Below are positions 56,593-64,000 of a stretch of DNA of 64,000 nucleotides, in pieces. Numbering within the stretch: position 1 is the first letter of the stretch; each line of letters opens with the position of its first letter. This stretch comes from Candidatus Heimdallarchaeota archaeon. GTDB lineage: Archaea > Asgardarchaeota > Heimdallarchaeia > Heimdallarchaeales > Heimdallarchaeaceae. Both the position numbers and the translations under genes were made by a program. The notes beneath the pieces are model-generated. The model saw nothing but the letters and a program-made list of their open reading frames with translations. It was not told where the DNA came from and searched no databases. The stretch is from positions 1 through 64,000 of the forward strand of contig JABCTC010000003.1 in NCBI GenBank assembly GCA_018238545.1, read 5' to 3'.

Positions 56593-58947
56593 TTGAGTTT
56601 AGAGGAAATTAGAAACCTCATAATAGCTGATAAAAGCAATGAAATTAGACTTAATAACATCAAAGTCTATCAGCATTTAATAAAATTACTTAAGGATACG
56701 GAAGATTATATTAGAAAAAAAACTACTTCAATTATATTTAATTCTGATTTTGTTCCAACAGAGAAAATTATTGAGGAATATCTAAGTGATCCTGACCCCT
56801 TACTTAAGGACATAATTGTCAACAAGTTTCATTTTTTTGTTCCAATTTTATCGAAATATCTTGTTCAAGATAGAAGTTTCAAACCAATTTCAGAAATTAT
56901 CAATTCAATGAAAACTAAAACTCTGCACGATGCAATAGCGAAAGCCTACAAAATTACACCCGTGCTAGCATCTTTAACAGAGCTATCAATTAGAATATGT
57001 CATTCTTCACTAGCTCAACAAGAAGCAACAGTTATTTCTTTTCATTTAATTACTGAACATGCAAAAGAGGTTAAAAGAATACTTATTTTCGGATTCAAGC
57101 AAGTAGAACCAATCTATGCAGAACTTGTTTTGCTAACAGTCACTTTGTTTCCAGAATTAGCCACTTTAATAGAAAAACAAATACGCGATGTTGTAGTGAA
57201 ATCTAATTCAGAGGAACAAATAAAATATGCATCAATTGCTCTTATGAACCTGCAAGATCCTAAAAATGCAGACGTGCTAATCACAAGACTCGCAAATAAA
57301 GAAGATTCTCTTGACACAAAATTATCGATTATAGAATCACTTGGAAACTTAGGTAATCAAAAAGCTAGTCAAGTATTAATTAATCAATTCTCTAAAAATG
57401 ATACTCTTGCATATTATTCAACTCGATCTCTTGCAATGCTTGGAGATAGTGTTCTACCTTTGCTCATAAAAGAGCTAGAGCATGATAGCAAAGTTCCTTA
57501 CATTATTGAAACTATGAAGCGCATTGGTGATACTAGTTACGATTATTTAATGTACGCTCTCAATAAAGGAAAAGGTAACGTTCGAAAAAATGCAGCTCAA
57601 TGTCTTACACTTGTCATGAGCCAGAAGTATGGATATGAAGGTGCAATACGCTTACTTACTACTCAGCTCGCAGGAAAAAACACAGCAATTGTGGAATCAG
57701 TTACTCAAGCGCTGTTAACCTTAGGTACTCCATCGATTAGGGTGTTAATCGAAGAGTTGGCAGATGATGACCTAAAACTAAGGAAAAATGCAACTGAGGT
57801 TTTACAATATTTTGGTCACAATAATATAGAACTCACATTAGATGGTTTATTGGAAACTGACATTACGCTTGGAGTGAAACTTGGTATTATCCTTTACATG
57901 TATTATCCAAATGATGAAATGCAAAAATTAGGTTATGGTTTTGCTATTACCAAGAACAAGATACGGGATAAAGACGACGTAACATATGAACTGATTTTAA
58001 AAGGTTTGAAGGAACTCGATCCAGATATCCGCGAAAAATCATGTGAATTACTTTATTACTTTGGAACAAAAGCAGTGCCAACACTTTCTTCAGTTTTATC
58101 TGATCCCAACATACATGTTAGACGGAAAGCTGTAGGGTCTCTTCGGAAACTAAAAAATAAACGTGCTCTTATCACCTTAATCAAAGGTGCTAAAGATAAC
58201 GATGATATAATTGCAGAAATATCAACACGAGCACTGGGAGAACTGAAAGATCCTGGCGTGATTGATGTAATAGTTAACAATATGAAGCGTTCAAAAACTT
58301 TAGTCAGGGATGCCGCTGTATATGCCGCAACACAAATAGGTTCCCCTATAGCAAAGAAACTTTCAGCTCAGCTTAACGCGAATAATCAGTACTTAGTTAA
58401 AGCAACGATAACTGCTTTGAGTAAAATGGATTGTAAAACACTGAAAGATATGTTATCTAATTTGCAAAATGCTGATGAACGTTGGTTTTCAAATATGAAG
58501 AAAGTTGTCCAAAAGATGGGTCCTTCAGCTGCCCCTACCCTACAATCTTTGCATAAAAAGGCAAAAAATGAAAAAGCTAACCATCGATTACTCATTTTAC
58601 TTTCACTATGTAAAGATACTACCATAATCCCCAACTTGATTCAATTGATACTTGAAGATAAACAGAAAACTGGTATTGTAGGTCTAAATAATTTTGGAGA
58701 AGATGGATCAGAGAAAATTGCCGAAGTGTTACTAGATGCACCTGCTAAAAACAGAAAATTGTTCGTTGAAAAATCTAAAGGATTAGACGGAGAACTAGCT
58801 GTAGCTTTAGTTTCAGCATTTAAGAAAGAGAAAAAGCTGAAATCTCTTATTAACTCAATGTTGAAAGTTCACAATAGATCAATCAGAAAATACTGTCAAA
58901 CTAAAGAAATGAAACATGAAAATTTCATAGAAAATTACAGAAAATAA
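56593..58947 (+). CDS. HEAT-repeat (alpha-solenoid) protein
   Basis: Repeated VRKNAA, IREKS, VRRKAV and VRDAAV HEAT-like units. Confidence 0.85.
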   Translation: MSLEEIRNLIIADKSNEIRLNNIKVYQHLIKLLKDTEDYIRKKTTSIIFNSDFVPTEKIIEEYLSDPDPLLKDIIVNKFHFFVPILSKYLVQDRSFKPISEIINSMKTKTLHDAIAKAYKITPVLASLTELSIRICHSSLAQQEATVISFHLITEHAKEVKRILIFGFKQVEPIYAELVLLTVTLFPELATLIEKQIRDVVVKSNSEEQIKYASIALMNLQDPKNADVLITRLANKEDSLDTKLSIIESLGNLGNQKASQVLINQFSKNDTLAYYSTRSLAMLGDSVLPLLIKELEHDSKVPYIIETMKRIGDTSYDYLMYALNKGKGNVRKNAAQCLTLVMSQKYGYEGAIRLLTTQLAGKNTAIVESVTQALLTLGTPSIRVLIEELADDDLKLRKNATEVLQYFGHNNIELTLDGLLETDITLGVKLGIILYMYYPNDEMQKLGYGFAITKNKIRDKDDVTYELILKGLKELDPDIREKSCELLYYFGTKAVPTLSSVLSDPNIHVRRKAVGSLRKLKNKRALITLIKGAKDNDDIIAEISTRALGELKDPGVIDVIVNNMKRSKTLVRDAAVYAATQIGSPIAKKLSAQLNANNQYLVKATITALSKMDCKTLKDMLSNLQNADERWFSNMKKVVQKMGPSAAPTLQSLHKKAKNEKANHRLLILLSLCKDTTIIPNLIQLILEDKQKTGIVGLNNFGEDGSEKIAEVLLDAPAKNRKLFVEKSKGLDGELAVALVSAFKKEKKLKSLINSMLKVHNRSIRKYCQTKEMKHENFIENYRK

Positions 58948-58959
58948 TATTGCATCAAA

Positions 58960-60033
58960 TCAGTAATTTATTACTGATTCAGTTGTTATCTTATCTAATG
59001 TCTCTTCCTCTTGTTTTGAAACTAATTTGCTTAAATTACTTGCTAAAACAGGAGCTAAAGAAAATTCATGTTGGAGGGGCAGTAAAAACTGAATAAGTTT
59101 TGTATTGGCATATCTCTTAATACTACTGTCAGAAAGCACAGGATTTTTTACAATTGCAAACATTTCATCAACTATTTCGAGAGTATCCATATGAGGGAAA
59201 ATGGAAGTAAATAATGCTTTAATCTTGCTCGTAGCTTCCTGAGGGTTAAGATCGCTTAATAGTTGAAAAATATGGAAGTAACCAGCTTCTTCTAACCACA
59301 TAGAAGAATTCGTATCTACATCATACAAGCTTATGCGCGGAAATTTTTCAATAATTGGTGTTGATACTTTGAACCCTTTCATCTCTTGATAAGTGCTATT
59401 TGGTAAAAGATCAATTGATGTTGAAATGATGAGATTTCTAGCATTGTACGTATAATCTTTTGTAATAATACTATTGTCTGATTCATCATATTTAATCTCA
59501 CTATTCTCGCTTATTGTGTGGACATTGTTTTCCTCTGCAACTTTCGTATATGTAGCTATAAGACTGTGAATATCAGAACATGTGAATGAATCAAATATTT
59601 CAGTCAAAAAAATATCATTTTCTAGATTTATGAACGAGTAGTTTCTAGCTATATCTTTAGCTGTATAATTGATGTGTTTAATATCCGAATCTTCTATTTT
59701 GGAGAGGATCTTATCCATCAAGTTAATTGACTTCTTAGTTCGGAATAGTAGTGCTAAGGGTTTTTTAGAGAGTTCAAATTGAGATGTGATAGAGTGTAAA
59801 TCTTCTAGCAATAATCCAGATTTTAAATATGCTTTTGCCATCAGTGAACTTTGCAATTCAGTAACTGGAGTTAGGACGCTTGGTGTTAAGAATGAAAACG
59901 TATCTTTCCTATCCTCTCTTTGTAATAATGTTATATCCTCGTTTGGATTGTTTAATGAAATATAATAGGCAAGAGCTGATGCAGATAATCCATCTCCTTC
60001 AATTAGAATATCTGTGCTATACTTTTCATGCAT
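58960..60033 (-). CDS. Degenerate FAD-dependent oxidoreductase (DAO family-like)
   Basis: ILIEGDGLSASALAYY (eroded GxGxxG) and C-terminal HEFSLAP. Confidence 0.55.
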   Translation of the reverse strand: MHEKYSTDILIEGDGLSASALAYYISLNNPNEDITLLQREDRKDTFSFLTPSVLTPVTELQSSLMAKAYLKSGLLLEDLHSITSQFELSKKPLALLFRTKKSINLMDKILSKIEDSDIKHINYTAKDIARNYSFINLENDIFLTEIFDSFTCSDIHSLIATYTKVAEENNVHTISENSEIKYDESDNSIITKDYTYNARNLIISTSIDLLPNSTYQEMKGFKVSTPIIEKFPRISLYDVDTNSSMWLEEAGYFHIFQLLSDLNPQEATSKIKALFTSIFPHMDTLEIVDEMFAIVKNPVLSDSSIKRYANTKLIQFLLPLQHEFSLAPVLASNLSKLVSKQEEETLDKITTESVINY

Positions 60034-60054
60034 AAGGTAAGAATAAGGAATACC

Positions 60055-60062
60055 TATATAAA
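60055..60062. promoter_or_regulatory. Archaeal TATA box, possibly bidirectional
   Basis: tatataaa lies 21 nt from the minus-strand ATG at 60033 and 21 nt from the ATG at 60084 (element junction). Confidence 0.5.
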
Positions 60063-60083
60063 TTTAGAACATTATCTACTGAC

Positions 60084-60365
60084 ATGAGTTATTTTTCCCA
60101 CTTTCCCCATAGTGAGGAAGGTGGAGAGCAATTTTGAGGACTCTTCCCAACCCAAGAACGTACAAGGTAGCATCGCAGCAAGCAGTAGCGTAAGGGGGTT
60201 CAAGCTCTGGAATTACACCTCCAACACACAGTGTTAGCGGAGGTGAACGGGTTCATCTCCTCTCCGGGACTCATTTCTGGAGGCAATGTTGTTGAGCACC
60301 TTAGGTACTCACTCCAGCTCCGGGGGTAAGCAGATGACTCTGCTTTGTCTGTAGCCATTGGCTCA
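60084..60365 (-). ncRNA. Putative omegaRNA scaffold (copy B)
   Basis: The 217 nt after the stop are the same length as in copy A and highly similar, with conserved hairpins; similarity ends after ACTCAT; 5' limit approximate. Confidence 0.72.
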
Positions 60366-61779
60366 AGACAGGGAAAACACGAAAAGAACTGAGAGGGAAA
60401 TATTTTCCTGTAAGTTGATCTTTTATTGAAGTATACTTTGGTTGCAGAACATATTTGATCAGTCTTTTAGCTATATTCTTCGCTCCATTCAAGTCAGCAT
60501 TGAGGTTATACCCACAAGTCTGGCAGGTGAATGTAGGTTGGTTATGACGAGTAGTGAGATAGGAACCACAGCGAGAACAAGTAGAAGAAGTCCATGATTC
60601 ATTGATGGCTAGTATCCTGTGTTCTTCCCAGCCATTAAGTGAGAGCTTGAATTTGAGTAATTCTATCACTCTCCTATAATTCCATTTGTGGACACTTTTA
60701 CGTGTGCTCGGTTTTTGGTTTCCCCTATATTGACTCTTACGGATGTTATGGGGGAAACCTACTACCACATGGAGATCATACCTCTTTCCTAAGGAGAGAA
60801 TGTACTTGACAAGTTTGTTGACATAGGTATGGTCGGTTAGCTTATGTTCCGTTCTTTGTCTCTTTCGGAGTAGTTTAAGTTGATAAACAACTTGTTTTCT
60901 TTTTCCAAAACTCAAACTAGGTTTAGCTAGAACCTTTTGCAGTTTAGAGGTTTTTTGTTCAGTTTCCTTTAGCAGTTTTTTTCTTGTCTTATCAGACCAA
61001 AATCTGATCTCATGTTGGTTGATTGTTCCTTTCGGAGTTAGAAGCGCACTTACTGCACGTTTATTGATTCCTAGATCTATCCCCAGCACAGCTGGAGGAC
61101 GAGATGAAGAATATTTATCTGGAACATGAAGCAGGATGAAATGTACCCACCATTCCTTTTTCTTGGGAGAGTATAGTACTTCTAGAGCTTGTATTTTCCC
61201 TTGGTGGATTTTGTACTCGTGATAGGGTGAACAAGCCAGAGGTAACCATAGTTTCTCGTGATTGCGAGTGTTATTCTTCTTTGTATCTAAGGAGTCTCTT
61301 ATCCCCACCCACCATCGAGCGATGGAGTTTGAAGGAGTACAAGTAAGAACAAATCTCTTCTTATTCGCTGATTGTGTTCGTGGTATTTTCTTTGGTAAGG
61401 TTTTTTTTGTAGGGGAAGAGTTGAGTGCTTGTTGGCTGTGATAAATAGCTGTAGCATTGTCTCTACATTCTTGTAGTTCATCATGAGAGGAGCGAGGAAA
61501 GCGCCTCTTCAAATCATGTCTAACCTTAGGACGAGATGCATGTGTAGTATTTTTTGTTGTTGTCAAGGTAAGTTGATCTAGTTTAACTTTATTCACCTTT
61601 TTCTTCCCACTTTTTCCACTGATAAGGTGATCTTCATTATGGTAAATGACCTTAAGAAAATGGTGAATGGTTCTTGTATCTCTCCCTGTAATCTGTTCCA
61701 ACCTTCTCTGTTTACGAGCTGTGAGCACTTCTGTTTTAATTCTCGCTTTTACAGTTGTTCTCACTCTACTTCTCGTCAT
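60301..61779 (-). CDS. tnpB: Large TnpB (492 aa) with Zn finger and rearranged RuvC-II
   Basis: GIDLG, VVVGFP, NESWTSSTCSRC..CQTC, NADLNGAKNI. Confidence 0.92.
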   Translation of the reverse strand: MTRSRVRTTVKARIKTEVLTARKQRRLEQITGRDTRTIHHFLKVIYHNEDHLISGKSGKKKVNKVKLDQLTLTTTKNTTHASRPKVRHDLKRRFPRSSHDELQECRDNATAIYHSQQALNSSPTKKTLPKKIPRTQSANKKRFVLTCTPSNSIARWWVGIRDSLDTKKNNTRNHEKLWLPLACSPYHEYKIHQGKIQALEVLYSPKKKEWWVHFILLHVPDKYSSSRPPAVLGIDLGINKRAVSALLTPKGTINQHEIRFWSDKTRKKLLKETEQKTSKLQKVLAKPSLSFGKRKQVVYQLKLLRKRQRTEHKLTDHTYVNKLVKYILSLGKRYDLHVVVGFPHNIRKSQYRGNQKPSTRKSVHKWNYRRVIELLKFKLSLNGWEEHRILAINESWTSSTCSRCGSYLTTRHNQPTFTCQTCGYNLNADLNGAKNIAKRLIKYVLQPKYTSIKDQLTGKYFPLSSFRVFPVLSQWLQTKQSHLLTPGAGVST

Positions 61780-61853
61780 TCAGGAATCATTACTTATAGT
61801 AGATTTTCCTATAAAAAGCTAACATTAATATGGGAAAATGGGTAGAAACTACC

Positions 61854-62126
61854 ATGGCTCACGATATAGTGTTAAAAGTTATCAAACAAGAAGGTAATTG
61901 TGCAGCTGGTCACAATGTTGGAGATGAAATCATTATAAGCTTCGAAAATAATGAAATCAAAGGTAAAATATGCCTCCATGCACTTTATTCTGTTTTCCCT
62001 AAAGTGTTTGCGATGGCTTATGGGGCAGAATTTCCTTGGCTAGAAGATGCTGATATATCAACTCATGCTTGTCCTGATGCTTGGAACCCTCTTGTTTATG
62101 AAGTAAAAAGAAAAAGGGAAAAGTAG
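61854..62126 (+). CDS. TIGR04076-family small Cys-rich protein
   Basis: GNCAAGHNVGD, ICLHAL, ACPD..NPLVYEV; start at ATG 61854. Confidence 0.82.
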   Translation: MAHDIVLKVIKQEGNCAAGHNVGDEIIISFENNEIKGKICLHALYSVFPKVFAMAYGAEFPWLEDADISTHACPDAWNPLVYEVKRKREK

Positions 62127-62134
62127 GATAGTTA

Positions 62135-63055
62135 CTATATTATTAAGTAAACTATCTTGTCGACTATAAAGAGTGTTAAGAAAACTAGGAAGACTATTAG
62201 AAGTATTTCCTTTGTGGTATAAGCCCACTTAGGGCTCTGGTTTATCAAGATAGCTACAGCTAAGAACAACACTAACGCGATTACAAGATATCCAATTATT
62301 TGGCTTGCCAAGTAATGTAAACCGATAAAAACAGCTGTCCCCCCTCCTGCAAGTAGACAAAATAGAAAGAAGGATCCTATAATAGCAGCTTTTTTAACTC
62401 CAAATTTCACGGCTAATGTTCTAACTCCTGCATCTCTATCTCCTTCAACATCTGGTAAGCCTTTTATTATTTCTCTACCAATATTTCCAAGACCTGCTGC
62501 AGCTCCTACTATTATGGGTACATATTGGAACTCTCCACCATATACTAAATATGAGTGTAATGCACCATAAGCAAACAATGCAGTAACATTCATTCCTATT
62601 GTGGTATTCCCCCAAATTCCAAGTTTCTTTAGTTTAAAATCATAAAGGTCAAGAGAACCTCCAAATAGTATTACTGTTAATACACTCAAACCATACAAAC
62701 CGTTGATTACATCAATTACAACACCTGTAATTAATGCAAGAATAGCAACAATTACTCCATAAATATACGCCGCTTTAATAGATATTTTTCCGGAAGGTAT
62801 AGGTCTATGAGGTGCATTAGTTTTATCTTCTTCTATATCAGCTATATCATTGAAAATCATAGCTTGACAGGAAACAAGTGCCGCTGCTAGGACTACCAGA
62901 CCTAAACTTAGATAGTCGATGTTTGATACAGAGTCGGGAAGCGAAAGCACTAATCCGAATGCTGCTGCAGCTCCTGATACAATTCCATTGACTATTCTTA
63001 TAATAGTAAAATAGGAAAGTACAATTTGTCCTTTTGAAAATTGGGTTTTAGACAT
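62135..63055 (-). CDS. UbiA-family prenyltransferase, likely digeranylgeranylglyceryl-phosphate synthase
   Basis: NDIADIEEDKTNAPHRPIPSG, REIIKGLPDVEGD..AGVRTL. Confidence 0.88.
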   Translation of the reverse strand: MSKTQFSKGQIVLSYFTIIRIVNGIVSGAAAAFGLVLSLPDSVSNIDYLSLGLVVLAAALVSCQAMIFNDIADIEEDKTNAPHRPIPSGKISIKAAYIYGVIVAILALITGVVIDVINGLYGLSVLTVILFGGSLDLYDFKLKKLGIWGNTTIGMNVTALFAYGALHSYLVYGGEFQYVPIIVGAAAGLGNIGREIIKGLPDVEGDRDAGVRTLAVKFGVKKAAIIGSFFLFCLLAGGGTAVFIGLHYLASQIIGYLVIALVLFLAVAILINQSPKWAYTTKEILLIVFLVFLTLFIVDKIVYLII

Positions 63056-63310
63056 GATGCTATGATACCATCAAGTCAGATATAAAATTTACCTAGCATT
63101 CTTTCAATCAGCTAGCGTAATAGATAGTTCTATCTCTTTAAGATTCTTTTCGTCAACACCTTTAAGAGAGGTAATTAAAGCAAGGTTTAATTTCTTAAAT
63201 AATTGTTTAATGTAATTGTTCATCGGAACTTTTTCGTTATTAATTTTTAATAGAATCCTGTCTGTCATTTATGTCACTAATAACAATAAAAAAAAGAGTA
63301 TAATAAAAAG

Positions 63311-64000
63311 TTATTTTAGCTTGATAGTTGGGTTGGGGTCATCTTTTCCATGCATTTCGATATCAACAAGTCCTGCAGATTCTAGCATTTGTACATATCT
63401 TAGAATTGCATGAGTTGATGAACCGGTAGACATAGCTAATCTTTTCAGTTCAATTACTTTGTATTTTTCAAGAGTGCCAAGCCAGCTATAGGATGGATCA
63501 TTTTCTGCTATGATTGTATATCTTCTAACAGCTTCCTCTTTGTCTTTTAATTGATCTTTTATTTGATCTAATCTAGAAGATTCAGCTAGAAACTCATTAT
63601 GTTTGTTCTCAAGTGTTGCATTCTCGTCTTTAAGTTGCTCTAACTGTGCTTTAAGTTCAGTTGTAACACTTTCAGTCTCCGCTAAATTTTCTCTTAGCTT
63701 GTCTATTGTTTGCTGTTTTTCTTGAAACTCGTCTTTATCAGTTTCTACTTCTCTCTTGAAATTTCCAATTTCTGTTTCCTTTTGTAATAAGTCATTTTTT
63801 AATTGTTGAATCTCATTTTGGCTGTCTTCTTTCTCAGTTTGAAATTCGGAAATTTGTTGATTTAGAGCTGATATTTCTGTTTCTAGGTCAATCTTTTTAG
63901 TTTCTAGTTTCCCAAGAACAGCTGATTTTCCTTTAATGTCAGTTAGCTCTTCAATGAGAGAATTGTTTTTGGTTTCTAATTCTCCGTTTTTTGTTTCAAG
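63311..64000 (-). CDS. 5'-truncated coiled-coil protein with C-terminal winged helix (not in the ORF track)
   Basis: Frame open from the window edge (LETKNGELETK...) to DPSYSWLGTL..LAMSTGSSTHAILRYVQMLESAGLVDI..KLK-stop at 63311. Confidence 0.8.
   Translation of the reverse strand, partial: LETKNGELETKNNSLIEELTDIKGKSAVLGKLETKKIDLETEISALNQQISEFQTEKEDSQNEIQQLKNDLLQKETEIGNFKREVETDKDEFQEKQQTIDKLRENLAETESVTTELKAQLEQLKDENATLENKHNEFLAESSRLDQIKDQLKDKEEAVRRYTIIAENDPSYSWLGTLEKYKVIELKRLAMSTGSSTHAILRYVQMLESAGLVDIEMHGKDDPNPTIKLK

Larger units (their letters stand above)
60084..61856 (-). mobile_element. Non-autonomous tnpB element, copy B (CAT-bounded, intact)
   Basis: Ends shared with copy A; CATG at both junctions; imperfect inverted termini. 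Confidence 0.75.

Noticed and set aside
571-61845. Numerous 60-106 aa ORFs antisense to or nested in long genes
   Set aside because: No recognizable motifs; they overlap well-supported CDSs
63216-63413. 65-aa plus-strand ORF
   Set aside because: Shadow of the minus-strand coiled-coil/wH gene ending at 63311

Overview
A gene-dense, AT-rich 64 kb chromosomal window from an archaeon, most likely an Asgard archaeon and probably Heimdallarchaeia. This rests on DGGGP synthase, Alba, Topo VI, short-type PurA, two Rab-like GTPases and several eukaryote-like proteins. No rRNA, tRNA or CRISPR array was seen. Main content: (1) a partial anaerobic purine-degradation-type cluster (hydantoinase, two atypical carbamoyltransferases including a YgeW-like one, carbamate kinase, Xdh, MocA); (2) four transposase-less tnpB genes with rearranged RuvC-II, two sharing a 217-nt omegaRNA-like tail and CAT-bounded ends, plus an orphan tnpB 3'-end fragment; (3) two divergent tubulin/FtsZ-superfamily paralogs, one lacking the GTP-binding loop; (4) candidate homologs of eukaryotic CD36/SR-B (with an inserted LVIVD propeller) and CCDC47; (5) the most striking locus, a remodelled topoisomerase VI operon. 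Its Top6B is 4234 aa, with about 50-60 HhH/alphaCTD-like repeats and a histone-H1-like tail. Its Top6A has an N-terminal ubiquitin-like domain, and a convergent Alba has an acidic repeat tail. All homology calls are by-eye motif matches to remembered family sequences; no searches were run.
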